Virus record (IMG/VR): IMGVR_UViG_3300015050_001523 | Coordinates: 1-64,000 of that record | DNA length: 64,000 nucleotides | Origin: a virus | Taxonomy: Duplodnaviria; Caudoviricetes | Direction: 5' to 3' (one strand) | Shown: positions 20,520-30,565 of the stretch, piece by piece | How positions within the stretch are numbered: position 1 is the first letter of the stretch | Layout: the number at the start of each line of letters is the position of its first letter | Notes under the pieces: generated by a model | Told to the model about the DNA's origin: nothing | Database searches by the model: none | The model's input: only the letters and a program-made list of their open reading frames with translations | Program-made: the position numbers and the translations under genes

Positions 20520-20918
20520 ATGGGAAATTCAGAAGAACAAAAAACAGAGAAAGCAATTGAAATAGTTAAAAAAGAGAAAAGATTGGAACCATTGACAAAG
20601 GTGATAGTAAAAGAATCTTCTAAACATCCTTGGTGGGCACTAAAAAATAGTGCTGGAAAGAAAGATGTTTCAATGACTCTTATGATTATTTCATTTGTTT
20701 TTTGTTTAGGAATGGCCATTCTTGGCTCTTTTGAAAGCATTAATCTTGGAGAAAGAAGCTTTAGTTTTAGAGCATTTGATGTTGGGTTTGCGTCCACTGT
20801 ATTAATTCCAATGTTAGCTTTATATTTTGGAAGAAGGTACACAACTGCCCACGAACGAGTCTCAAAAGTAAATCTTCAAAAAACAGAAGAAGATAAAGAA
20901 GAAGGACTTACAGAATAG
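20520..20918 (+). CDS. Two-TM membrane protein (holin-like topology)
   Basis: Two hydrophobic helices followed by YFGRRYT and a charged tail. Confidence 0.7.
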   Translation: MGNSEEQKTEKAIEIVKKEKRLEPLTKVIVKESSKHPWWALKNSAGKKDVSMTLMIISFVFCLGMAILGSFESINLGERSFSFRAFDVGFASTVLIPMLALYFGRRYTTAHERVSKVNLQKTEEDKEEGLTE

Positions 20919-21283
20919 TGATTAAAATAAAAAAAGAAGAACTTGACATTATTATTGAAGGAATTTCAGATTCATTGTTTGAGCAATGGAAAATAAAGAA
21001 TAGCGAAGATGAGAATCCTGCAATAGAAGTCGAGCCTCCATTAGATAAAGAACTTACTATTATTGATCCAAAGAGCGATATTCAGTTTTCTGGTCAAAAT
21101 CTTCCAATCAAAGATCCTAATTGGGTTCCGGGGAATCTTCAAGATCTTGGAATGGCTATGAGACAAATGTCTGAAATGGTGCCAGAAAGTCAAATAGATT
21201 GGTTTTATTCCAAAATGAGAAAATTGATAGATCATGCACTTGATCAAGAGGATGAAGGAAGAATGGAGCCTCGTCTTGATTGA
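20918..21283 (+). CDS. Hypothetical protein
   Basis: GTG start overlapping the upstream TAG; IKKEELDIIIE leader. Confidence 0.75.
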   Translation: MIKIKKEELDIIIEGISDSLFEQWKIKNSEDENPAIEVEPPLDKELTIIDPKSDIQFSGQNLPIKDPNWVPGNLQDLGMAMRQMSEMVPESQIDWFYSKMRKLIDHALDQEDEGRMEPRLD

Positions 21284-21302
21284 TGTGTTATAATGTTATC
21301 TT

Positions 21303-21689
21303 ATGAAAGATAGAAACTTTATGATTAGTAGCGAGATTGCTGATTTAGTCGACCAATCTCAATTTGGAAATGATAGCGATGAAGATCTAGAGGCAGATGA
21401 TCATATTATTATAAGCATAGAATCTAAAAATTTTACTGTTCCTGGCATTTTAATAAAGCATGAACATAAAAAAGATTCTCTTGGCACCGACGAAGAGTTT
21501 TTATTTAGTTTTCTAACCGATCAAAAAAATATACATTCTTTTTTGAAAAATATATTTTTCAAAGTATCTTTATCATTAGGAACAGATACTTTGGTAGAAT
21601 ATAATATAGAAGGAATGGATATAAAAAGATTTGTAATTGAACAAACTCCAATGCAGTCGGGTTGTGTAATAACTGTTGTCTACAGATAG
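21303..21689 (+). CDS. Hypothetical protein
   Basis: TGnTATAAT at 21286-21294, 8 nt before ATG. Confidence 0.75.
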   Translation: MKDRNFMISSEIADLVDQSQFGNDSDEDLEADDHIIISIESKNFTVPGILIKHEHKKDSLGTDEEFLFSFLTDQKNIHSFLKNIFFKVSLSLGTDTLVEYNIEGMDIKRFVIEQTPMQSGCVITVVYR

Positions 21690-21714
21690 TTATTAGATAT
21701 GGAGATTTTATATT

Positions 21715-21906
21715 ATGTCTAATTTTGTAATTGAAGGACCTGAAGACTTTAAAAAAGAGCTTGAATTTGGCAAATTCATGGATGAAATTTTGGTTCAAGA
21801 AACCAAACAAAAATCCATAAAACAAGACGACAAAGAACAATTCGCTAGAAAACTCTTTATGAGAACATACGAAAAGCCACACAACAATATTCGCTGGGGT
21901 CGGTAA
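21715..21906 (+). CDS. Small hypothetical protein
   Basis: 63 aa, GGAG SD, TAATG coupling to the next gene. Confidence 0.7.
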   Translation: MSNFVIEGPEDFKKELEFGKFMDEILVQETKQKSIKQDDKEQFARKLFMRTYEKPHNNIRWGR

Positions 21907-22700
21907 TGCCTGCTAAAATAATGAATTCGTCCCAATTAAATCTTTTTTTAAAGGTTTTAGCAGAAGAGAGTGTAAAACGGGCTTATATGTCTGAATTATC
22001 TTCTTCTAGCCCTTTATTTGAAGAAGATCCTCTTTTTGGAGGAGGTTCTGAAGGTGGAGATGAAGACAAAAAAGAAGATGGAGATGAAAAAGCTGATGAT
22101 GAATCAGGTGATAGCGGAGGAGAAGATGATCCTTTAGCCGGAATGGGGGATGAAGAGCCTGCTGCCGAAGAACCGGCAGCTGAACCGGCACCTGCTGAGC
22201 CCGCTGCTGAGCCTAAAAAGGTTGAGTCACGTCCAACTCCATTGACTTTGGAATTGGGAGAAATAACCACTGACGGACTTGTATCCACATTGAATATGAT
22301 AAGAGCAGGAAGGTCATTTAAAGAACCAGAAATTTCTGCTGAAATTGGAAAATATTTTGAAAATCAATTAAATGATAGCGAAAGATTAGCTTTGGCAACA
22401 TTTCTAAGTGCATTAAGAGATATTACTTCAGGAAAACCGGCAGAAGATGCACCGGATCCAGGTGATGAGAATATAGAAATTGATGCAAATGATCAAGAAA
22501 GAGAAGAGGTTCGACCTAGAAAATCTTCAAAGCCTGCTTTGCAACAAAAACAACAACGCGAAAGGCCACAACCGCCAGGACAAATGTCAAGAATGTCAAA
22601 AGGAACAGAAGATACAAGTCCTCCAATTCAAGTCGGCCCAAGAAATAGTCAATTAGCTGAAGAATATAGAACACATATTCGATCTCTTTTGATAAAATAA
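21906..22700 (+). CDS. Acidic low-complexity protein, probably virion/prohead-associated
   Basis: LNLFLKVLAEES leader, D/E/G- and PAAE-rich linker, C-terminal EEYRTHIRSLL. Confidence 0.8.
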   Translation: MPAKIMNSSQLNLFLKVLAEESVKRAYMSELSSSSPLFEEDPLFGGGSEGGDEDKKEDGDEKADDESGDSGGEDDPLAGMGDEEPAAEEPAAEPAPAEPAAEPKKVESRPTPLTLELGEITTDGLVSTLNMIRAGRSFKEPEISAEIGKYFENQLNDSERLALATFLSALRDITSGKPAEDAPDPGDENIEIDANDQEREEVRPRKSSKPALQQKQQRERPQPPGQMSRMSKGTEDTSPPIQVGPRNSQLAEEYRTHIRSLLIK

Positions 22701-22705
22701 TATAA

Positions 22706-22900
22706 ATGCAACATAAAATTGTTTTATATAATGGAATGGAAGTTGAATGTGGTGACGAATTTTTAAAAATAGTTCGTCACCATTTTAATAAAGAGCCGAA
22801 AGAAGATGTTTCGGAATTAGAAATCTCTGAATTTATAAAAGAAGCATTTTCCCAGGCAATAAATAAGGGATATGCAGAGATTGAGGAATCTAAAAAATGA
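22706..22900 (+). CDS. Small hypothetical protein
   Basis: 64 aa, coupled on both sides. Confidence 0.7.
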   Translation: MQHKIVLYNGMEVECGDEFLKIVRHHFNKEPKEDVSELEISEFIKEAFSQAINKGYAEIEESKK

Positions 22901-24141
22901 CTGCCCTTGGAGGGCATATAAGTCATTTGTATGAAGATTTAGATCTTAGATTTCGAGACTTAAAAACAATTTTTAAAATTCTTGGACATGCAGATATTGA
23001 TACATATGAAAAAGTCGATGGGCAAAGCTTATTTGTTGGATGGAACTTCGTTGAAGACAAACTAATCGTTGCAAGAAACAAAGGGAATATAAAAGATGGC
23101 GGACTTGATCATTATGGACTTTCTTTAAAGTTTGGAGATCGGCCAAAAGTTGAAGCTTTATTCCTTGGTGCCTATGAAGCTTTATCAAAAGGAATAAAGC
23201 TTTTAGATTATAATTCTAAAGTCCAAATATTTGGGAGCATGGGAAACATTTGGTTTCCGATAGAGATTATAAACCCAGATCTTCCAAATACGATTCATTA
23301 TGATTCTAAATTTATTATATTTCATGAATATAGTCCAATGCTATTTGGTATAGATGGAGAACAAATTTCAAATGCCCTTCCAAGAAATTTAGAATGTTTA
23401 GAAAAATTAATTTCAAAAATAAACAATGTTGAAGGATGGACAATTGTAAAATCAAAGAAGTTTCCACTTGTTTCAATTGATGATTCCATTCCAAGTAATG
23501 CATGTTCTAAAATAGATGAACTTATAAAACAATACAATATTGCAGACAATTCTACAATTCGAACATATTTGTCTACTGTTCTATTGATTGATATGAAAAG
23601 ATTCATCTCTGTACCTGAGCATATTCGAATAAGCGCTTCAAAGTCGCTTGTAAAAATGCCTGGGGCACTCTCTGCAAAAGCCTTGATCGAGCTTGGAGAT
23701 GTAAGCACAAAAAAAGCTATAAAAGAAATGATAGAGCAAGAAAAAAATATCATTTCAAAACTAATGGGTCCAATTGAAAATATTGTAAATAAATTTTCTT
23801 GTTCTTTTTTGTCTAAAATAAAATCTGAATATATTCAAAATATCGAAGATGAATCAAATAGAATAATTAAAGAATATGAACGATGTTCTTCCATTATTAA
23901 AAAAGAAGAAAATAGCAAACATTTAGATTTATTAAATTTGATGGATTCAAAAATTGGAAATGGAGATAAGAAAATTACACTAGAGGGACTTGTATTCAAA
24001 TATACAAATAATAAAATATATAAAATAACAGGTGCTTTTGCTCAAATGAATCAAGTCATAGCCGCAATTCGTTATAGTGACGAATCTCGCATAAGAAATA
24101 AAACAAATGTTCCATTGTCATTATTTATGATTGCAGGCTAA
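22897..24141 (+). CDS. Ligase-fold nucleotidyltransferase-like protein (DUF6267-like)
   Basis: GGHISHLYED, EKVDG (motif I), RNKG, EGLVF (motif IV), YKITG (motif V). Confidence 0.7.
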   Translation: MTALGGHISHLYEDLDLRFRDLKTIFKILGHADIDTYEKVDGQSLFVGWNFVEDKLIVARNKGNIKDGGLDHYGLSLKFGDRPKVEALFLGAYEALSKGIKLLDYNSKVQIFGSMGNIWFPIEIINPDLPNTIHYDSKFIIFHEYSPMLFGIDGEQISNALPRNLECLEKLISKINNVEGWTIVKSKKFPLVSIDDSIPSNACSKIDELIKQYNIADNSTIRTYLSTVLLIDMKRFISVPEHIRISASKSLVKMPGALSAKALIELGDVSTKKAIKEMIEQEKNIISKLMGPIENIVNKFSCSFLSKIKSEYIQNIEDESNRIIKEYERCSSIIKKEENSKHLDLLNLMDSKIGNGDKKITLEGLVFKYTNNKIYKITGAFAQMNQVIAAIRYSDESRIRNKTNVPLSLFMIAG

Positions 24142-24669
24142 TATATTAAAAACTTCTTTTGAATTTATTTCTTTTGGCATATATTTTTCAAAAGAATTGA
24201 AGTCATTATTTTTAATATATTCTCTCATTTTTGTTCCACTTATTTGAGTTGTTTCATCTCTTGATATAGAGATTATTTTTAATGAATTTGTTCCCAAGAT
24301 ATTTGGACATATTTTTGACAACACTTGATCGCTAAATTTAGAAGAATCATCTTTGTCAGAATAAATTGAAAATGAAAAAGGAGATGATTTATTTTGATCT
24401 CTTAATTTTAATATTTCAAAAACTCTTTTGATGGGAGAACTTTCTAAGAATATTGGGTCAACATTATTTGGAAGAATTTTTAATATATGATTCTTCCAAA
24501 TAATTGCCATATCAGAACCTTTTATTATGTCTCTATCAAGCAATGAGACTATCAAAATCAATCTGTCGCATTCTTTAGACGCTCTTTCAATCATGTTGAA
24601 ATGTCCTATATGAAAAGGCTTGAAGGAGCCACAAAAAATTCCATATTTATAATTTTCTACCATTGGCAT
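24121..24669 (-). CDS. Cytidylyltransferase-like (HIGH) nucleotidyltransferase
   Basis: GIFCGSFKPFHIGH...ISGTKMRE; start refined from 24942 to MPMVEN. Confidence 0.88.
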   Translation of the reverse strand: MPMVENYKYGIFCGSFKPFHIGHFNMIERASKECDRLILIVSLLDRDIIKGSDMAIIWKNHILKILPNNVDPIFLESSPIKRVFEILKLRDQNKSSPFSFSIYSDKDDSSKFSDQVLSKICPNILGTNSLKIISISRDETTQISGTKMREYIKNNDFNSFEKYMPKEINSKEVFNILACNHK

Positions 24670-24700
24670 TAGTTTATATGTTATACTTATATAGAGTGCT

Positions 24701-25132
24701 ATGGGAAACAATAAGAAAAATGCAATATGTGCAGGTTGTGTTGTTTTCAGAATGAATGAGAATGGCGGAATCGATTTTCTTTTAGTTAAGCACGAAAAAG
24801 ATAAGAATAATAGATATGGATTTCCAAAGGGACATTTAGAAGAAAATGAATCTATTGAAGAATGTGCTGTTCGAGAGACATGGGAAGAAACTGGGGTCGT
24901 TGCCCGCGTTTTATATGAACTATCCCCCGTATTTACGTCCAATGATAAAGAAAATAAAATTGTTCATGTTTTCTTGGCAAAACAATTAAATCCACAACAT
25001 GGAATATCTAAAAAGATTGGAGAAATATCTGAAGTAAAATGGTTTTCAATCGAAAACCTGCCAGAAATTTATCAATATCAAAAGCCTTTAGCCAATTATG
25101 CAAAAAACATAATAATAAGAAATATGGGTTAG
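24701..25132 (+). CDS. Nudix hydrolase
   Basis: GFPKGHLEENESIEECAVRETWEETGV Nudix box. Confidence 0.93.
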   Translation: MGNNKKNAICAGCVVFRMNENGGIDFLLVKHEKDKNNRYGFPKGHLEENESIEECAVRETWEETGVVARVLYELSPVFTSNDKENKIVHVFLAKQLNPQHGISKKIGEISEVKWFSIENLPEIYQYQKPLANYAKNIIIRNMG

Positions 25133-25143
25133 TGGCAATATTT

Positions 25144-26286
25144 ATGATTATGTTAGACCAGAAAGAACAACTTCTTAGAGATTTTTTAAATGAAACATTA
25201 AAGGAGTATGATGGTGGAGATGATTATGGAGGAAGTGGCGGTCAAGGAGTTTCTGATGATTTTATAAAAGGTATATTTGATGCCTTTATTGATCCATTAA
25301 GGCATACAGCAGCATTTGTTGAAAGATTTTCATCAGAAGTACAAAAGTTTGCCGGAAAATTGTCTGAAGATGTATTGGCATTTAGTATTCCTGGATATAA
25401 GGCGAATTATTCAAAATTTGAAAGACAACATAATGAAAGATTAAATTCTATTCAAGACAAATATAAAGAAGTCTTTGCAAGAACTGAAGCAAATTTATTT
25501 ACTGGAGATGCTGCTCTTATGGCATTTTTGTTTTCTCCTTACAAATATACAACTGGCCGCATATTGAAAACTGTTCCTCAAACTGCTCTAAGTCTCATTG
25601 ATATGTTTGCAGGAGGAAATCCAAGTGTAAAGCAAATGACCGATCGGGCACGAGAAGTGACCGGAAGATTTGGACATATTGGAAGAATGCGTGGTGGTCC
25701 ATCTTCTCCAAAACCTATAGCAATTGATGTTGGGGCAAAAAAACCTATTGCCGAACCTGCTATGAAACATTTTAAATGGAGAGAGCAAAAAAAACAACCA
25801 AAAGGTCAAGATTATAGTCGGAGATTTTATGGAAAAACTCATGATGAAGCCTTTATTGGAAGAAGAGATGAAGAAATAATTCAAGAAGGAATAAAAGAAC
25901 TTCTTGGAAAGCTTGTTGGCGCATTTAAAAACGCTCCCGAATTAGAAAGGGCATTTGAAGAAAGTCCACTTGCTCAAAAAATGCAAAAAGATGCAATCGA
26001 CATGACAGAAGAATACGTTTCTGGTGTTGTAGAGATGACGAAAGAGCATATAGATTCTTTGAAGAGTACAGAATCTCTTGACAAAGCAACAGGTGGCAAG
26101 TTTTCTACCTTAATCCAAAAAAAAGGGAAAGATGAAACTAAAAAAGTTGCACAATTGGTTGTTGGGAGCAGCAAGAAGGGGATTAAAGATATTGCCATTC
26201 AAAACATGACAGAAAAAATGAATGGTATGCCTGAAGGTCTAAAGAAAATTTATCAATCTGGTATTAAGCAAATAGAATCTTTGTGA
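25144..26286 (+). CDS. Hypothetical protein, probably virion-associated
   Basis: Start refined (25144 or 25150); QLLRDFLNETLKE leader. Confidence 0.8.
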   Translation: MIMLDQKEQLLRDFLNETLKEYDGGDDYGGSGGQGVSDDFIKGIFDAFIDPLRHTAAFVERFSSEVQKFAGKLSEDVLAFSIPGYKANYSKFERQHNERLNSIQDKYKEVFARTEANLFTGDAALMAFLFSPYKYTTGRILKTVPQTALSLIDMFAGGNPSVKQMTDRAREVTGRFGHIGRMRGGPSSPKPIAIDVGAKKPIAEPAMKHFKWREQKKQPKGQDYSRRFYGKTHDEAFIGRRDEEIIQEGIKELLGKLVGAFKNAPELERAFEESPLAQKMQKDAIDMTEEYVSGVVEMTKEHIDSLKSTESLDKATGGKFSTLIQKKGKDETKKVAQLVVGSSKKGIKDIAIQNMTEKMNGMPEGLKKIYQSGIKQIESL

Positions 26287-26298
26287 TATACTTTCTAT

Positions 26299-27111
26299 AT
26301 GAAATCAGGACTCTATATATTTACCAATAATGTAAATAGTAAAAAATATGTTGGACAAAGTAAGGATATAAAAAAAAGAATAAAGCAACATTTTATGCTT
26401 GCTGAAACCCCTTCAAAAAATCGTTTTGATCAATTGATTCATAGGTCTATTAGAAAGTATGGAAAAGAAAATTTTTCATATGAAACTATTGAATGTGACT
26501 TTAATAATCTTGATCAAAGTGAAATTAATTTAATTAAGGAACTTAATTGCGTTTCTCCAAATGGGTATAATATTGAACATGGTGGATATGGCCAAAAAAG
26601 ACTAAATGAAGAAACAAAAGAAAAAATTTCCAATTCTAGAAAAGGAAATAAAAATCCAAATTTTGGAAAACCAAGATCAAAAGATGTTTGTTTGAAGATT
26701 TCAGAAGCTCAAAAAGGAAATAAAAATCATAGATTTGGAAAAACAAATACAAAAGAGCATAACGAAAAAATTTCCAAGGCTCTCATTGGAACCATAAAAA
26801 CTGAAGAGCATAAAAAGAAGTTGGCTACTTCTCAATTGGGTAAAAAAGTTTCTAAAGAAACAAAAGAAAAAATTTCTAAAAAGCTTTTGGGAAGAGAATT
26901 AACAAATGAACACAAAAAAAATATTTCTAAAAACCAGGGTGTAAAACTTGGAGAATCTAATCATTTTTGTAAAATTACAGAAAAAGATGCAATAAAAATA
27001 AAAAAACTATTGAGTGAAAATTTTAAAATATCTGAGATTGCTGATATTCTTATTATTAGCAAAGATATAGTTTATAATATTAAGACTGGAAGGTCTTGGA
27101 AACATATATGA
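26299..27111 (+). mobile_element. Free-standing GIY-YIG homing endonuclease with NUMOD3 repeats and C-terminal HTH
   Basis: GLYIFTN...KKYVGQS...RIKQH, NGYN, repeated H(T)EEHKKKIS-like units. Confidence 0.9.
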
Positions 27112-27473
27112 TAAATAAAAAAGAAAAGAAATGGAATGGGAATTCAGAAATTTGCTATCAGAATGATTCTGAAATTCCTTTTATTGAGATCCCTGTCGGA
27201 GAAACGATCCCTGATAAATTATTTATTTGGGAATATAAAAATACAGGAGAGTTTGAACCCGGCCCATCTGGTGAAGATGTTCCTATCTGCGATACAAATA
27301 TTCACATTTATTTCAATTATGGTGTAGCTAAAAAAGTATTAAGTCCAGAACTTCTTGATCAAGTTCGTGTAGCTTTTGGGCTTGATCCGCTTGATAAAGC
27401 TACAAAAAAAGGAAAAGAAATTACAGATAGAGTTATAGCAAATGCCGAAAAGAAACCAATAGAGAGCAATTAA
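27108..27473 (+). CDS. Hypothetical protein
   Basis: ATGA overlap with the endonuclease stop; start refined from 27096. Confidence 0.75.
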   Translation: MINKKEKKWNGNSEICYQNDSEIPFIEIPVGETIPDKLFIWEYKNTGEFEPGPSGEDVPICDTNIHIYFNYGVAKKVLSPELLDQVRVAFGLDPLDKATKKGKEITDRVIANAEKKPIESN

Positions 27474-27498
27474 TTAAATAATCTATTTTGTATACCTC

Positions 27499-27528
27499 AA
27501 AACCTCCAATTTGGAGGTTTTCTTTTTT
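27499..27528 (+). terminator. Intrinsic terminator
   Basis: AAAACCTCCAA-T-TTGGAGGTTTT followed by CTTTTTT. Confidence 0.75.
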
Positions 27529-27548
27529 AGGGTAGGAATAAATGGTCA

Positions 27549-27577
27549 TTGACATAAAACAAATTATGTGATATGAA
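27549..27577 (+). promoter_or_regulatory. Sigma70-type promoter TTGACA-17-(TG)TATGAA
   Basis: Immediately after the terminator, 9 nt before ATG 27587. Confidence 0.5.
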
Positions 27578-27586
27578 CGACCTGAA

Positions 27587-28315
27587 ATGACTTCCAGCAA
27601 AAAGAAAACTGTTAAAAAAGAATCTAAACCAAAAAAGCCTGTTGAAATTAATAATAACCCTTATAAGCTTACTGTTACCAATAAAACAGACTTAAGAAAT
27701 CTATTTTATGGAGGAGAAGAAGTTGTCTTAAAGCTTAAAAAATCAAAAAAGATTGAGATTCAAAATAGAGCAAGATATGAGGCAGATTATGACAATTTTG
27801 ATGGATATGATTTCTATAACATTGAGAGAAATGTTGCCATGTATTTTGGAGAGATAAAGGGAATTATAAAAATCCCAAATCCAAATTTTGATTTTTCTAA
27901 AGAAAATGGAATTTTTGTAGAAACCAAATCTGACTCTCATTATGAAGATGGATATTCAATTTTTATTAGAGCTGAAAATTTAGAAATTATAGATGTTAAA
28001 AAACCTATTGAGATTTTAGAGGTTCCAGGCATTAATATTCGTTTTGATGGAAAAAAATTAATAGCAAAACAGAATGACAATACATGTGAAGATGACGCAC
28101 AAGAAATATCGCCAGAACTTATAAGTACAATTGCTTCCGTTAGAAATTATTATTATGAAGGCTCTCCAAGCCCAGATAAAGGGAAAATGGAATTTATGAA
28201 TTTGGAGATTTTCTTTTCGTCAGATTCTATTGAGTTAGGTTGTTGGGGAACTATTTCGTTTATCGATTTAGATAAGATTCTTGATTGGTGTGCGGATAGA
28301 TTATGGGGAAAATAA
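27587..28315 (+). CDS. Hypothetical protein with Lys-rich N-terminus
   Basis: 242-aa monocistronic ORF between two related terminators. Confidence 0.8.
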   Translation: MTSSKKKTVKKESKPKKPVEINNNPYKLTVTNKTDLRNLFYGGEEVVLKLKKSKKIEIQNRARYEADYDNFDGYDFYNIERNVAMYFGEIKGIIKIPNPNFDFSKENGIFVETKSDSHYEDGYSIFIRAENLEIIDVKKPIEILEVPGINIRFDGKKLIAKQNDNTCEDDAQEISPELISTIASVRNYYYEGSPSPDKGKMEFMNLEIFFSSDSIELGCWGTISFIDLDKILDWCADRLWGK

Positions 28316-28331
28316 TAAAATATTAAATCTC

Positions 28332-28358
28332 AAAAGCCTCCAAATTGGAGGTTTTTTT
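28332..28358 (+). terminator. Intrinsic terminator (near copy of 27499-27528)
   Basis: AAAAGCCTCCA-AAT-TGGAGGTTTTTTT. Confidence 0.75.
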
Positions 28359-28412
28359 ATTTAAGGTAGAAAGACATTGCTTAGCCCATACTTATCATTA
28401 TAGAGGTTTATT

Positions 28413-29729
28413 ATGGCAGATAGAACATTATTACTTGCAGGATTGATTGATGACGATGATTTAGAATTTGCTCGTCATAAGGTTGTTGAAAGCTATGAAG
28501 AACAATTTGAAGAAGATCGAAAGCATATTTCTGAAAATGTTTCATTTATAGAAGAAGATGAATATAGATTCCTCAAATTGCTTGGCGAAGAAAAAGAGGA
28601 AAACAACGATCATTTAAAGTCGATTAATGAAAGCATAATGCCTTCTGGAATTGGTGGCTACGGCCCAGGATTTGTAAATCAATCAAACGTATCCAGCTAT
28701 TCTCCATCTCAATCTGAAGCATTTGGACAGATTATTGGCGGAGGATATTATCGAGAAAAATATAAAGATTTATCTGATGCAAAATATCTTCTTTTTAAAA
28801 AAATTGCAGAATCAAATCCTGGGGCTTTTAGGCCAGGCTCTAAAACAATAAATGAAGAAGATCTTCCTGAATTTGATGAGAATTTTAATCCAATTTTATC
28901 TGAATCTGACATTGACAACAGATATTCACTATTTGAATCAGAATCGGGTGGTAAATTGCATAATGGAGAAATGGCGGTTCAAGGTGGAATAGGCCCAGGA
29001 TTTAAGGCATATGATGGAACATGGAACGAAGTGAAAAATCCATATGCTGGAGCTGATTCTGGTATGTCTCGTTGGTATTTGGAGGAAATGAAAGAACAGC
29101 CCGATCTTCCAGGAGAAATAGAGGATAGGGAAGATATTAATTATTTTGAAGAAGAAGGTGAGCTTCCAAAAGTTTTCAATTTTCCTGATATGCAACTTTC
29201 TTATGTTGGAATTGAAAAAGTAACCGGAGCTAGTGTTTATGAAATTAGCAATGATGAATCTGTAAGAATTGGAATAAGCAAGGATGGCGAAGAATGGTAT
29301 GCCACTGCACAATCTGATGATTTCGGATTAGATGCTGAAGAATGGGGAGAAACCCCAGAAGAAGCAATAAGAAATGTTATTGCCTCTATATATAAAGAAG
29401 AGCCATTGCTTGAAACTGTTGAAGGAACTGACGGAAATTCATGGCATTATAGAAGAACGGGAACTTCTGGTAATTCAAATATAAATTATCGTGAAAATGG
29501 CAAACCAACAATGCACCCAGAAGCCACTGAAGACGAAGAAGAAAAATATCCTAATCTTTATCCTGGATTGCCTGGATGGATGCCATACAAAGCCGACCCA
29601 ACCAATCAAAAAATAAAAGCTAAAATGGAAGATGTTTTAGATTTTGGTGAAGAAAATGCAGAAGATGATTTTCTTGTTAAGTTTATAAATAAAAATTCAA
29701 CTCACAAAAAACCTAAAAAGGTAAAATAA
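28413..29729 (+). CDS. Highly acidic hypothetical protein, probably virion-associated
   Basis: 438 aa, GAGG SD, ATACTTAT upstream. Confidence 0.8.
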   Translation: MADRTLLLAGLIDDDDLEFARHKVVESYEEQFEEDRKHISENVSFIEEDEYRFLKLLGEEKEENNDHLKSINESIMPSGIGGYGPGFVNQSNVSSYSPSQSEAFGQIIGGGYYREKYKDLSDAKYLLFKKIAESNPGAFRPGSKTINEEDLPEFDENFNPILSESDIDNRYSLFESESGGKLHNGEMAVQGGIGPGFKAYDGTWNEVKNPYAGADSGMSRWYLEEMKEQPDLPGEIEDREDINYFEEEGELPKVFNFPDMQLSYVGIEKVTGASVYEISNDESVRIGISKDGEEWYATAQSDDFGLDAEEWGETPEEAIRNVIASIYKEEPLLETVEGTDGNSWHYRRTGTSGNSNINYRENGKPTMHPEATEDEEEKYPNLYPGLPGWMPYKADPTNQKIKAKMEDVLDFGEENAEDDFLVKFINKNSTHKKPKKVK

Positions 29730-29731
29730 AA

Positions 29732-30565
29732 ATGAGTAGATATAAAGATAGACTTTCAGGCGGTCTTGCTGACAATTCTATTCCAAGCGATTTCAATAAA
29801 GCTGATTTAAAGGATGGAATAAGTCATGAAATGGAGCATACAGACGATCCAAAATTGGCAAGAGAAATTGCAATGGATCATTTATCAGAAGATCCACTTT
29901 ATTACAAGAAATTAAAAAAGATTGAAGAATCTGTTAGAAAATTTACAAGATCATTTGTAAACGAAATGTTTTATGTAACAAAAAGGATTCCTCAGCAATT
30001 AATAGACGATTTAAAAGAGAGAGGATTAGATATTGCTCATTTTGGCCCATCTTATGGGTGGAATCCAAAAACTGATGGATTGACAGCAAATCAAATTGAG
30101 GCTATTGTAAGTGTCTTAGAAAGAAGGATAGAAGATGAAAAAGAACTTTCGCCGGAAGAATCTGCGTCAAACTATAAAATTGAAGATTTGGCTATTGCGA
30201 ATGTACTTGGAAATAAAAAGGATCCAGCGACAATTCAAAAAGCCAAAATATTGAATATGTCTTATTTGATTGATGATGTAAAAGATTTGGTAATTGCTGG
30301 CCAGAGTTTTAATGAACATTGGGACCAGCATCTTGATAAGGTTCTCGACCCTGGACAAGATTTTCCTTGGAATAATGAAGAAACTCCAAAAAAAGATGAT
30401 AATCCATTGGATCCTTATGGAGATGCAAATTCTACTTTAAATAAAACTCAAATAAGTAGCCCTCCTTCAATTTCAAAAAATCAACGAGCTGGGGTCTCTC
30501 GCGGAAGCGGCCGAACAAGTGGCGGAAGAGTCCCAGGAGGGACAAGGCAAGGATTTCACGGATGA
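29732..30565 (+). CDS. DUF5661-like domain protein
   Basis: GISHEMEHTDD...AREIAMDHLSEDPLYYKKL. Confidence 0.8.
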   Translation: MSRYKDRLSGGLADNSIPSDFNKADLKDGISHEMEHTDDPKLAREIAMDHLSEDPLYYKKLKKIEESVRKFTRSFVNEMFYVTKRIPQQLIDDLKERGLDIAHFGPSYGWNPKTDGLTANQIEAIVSVLERRIEDEKELSPEESASNYKIEDLAIANVLGNKKDPATIQKAKILNMSYLIDDVKDLVIAGQSFNEHWDQHLDKVLDPGQDFPWNNEETPKKDDNPLDPYGDANSTLNKTQISSPPSISKNQRAGVSRGSGRTSGGRVPGGTRQGFHG

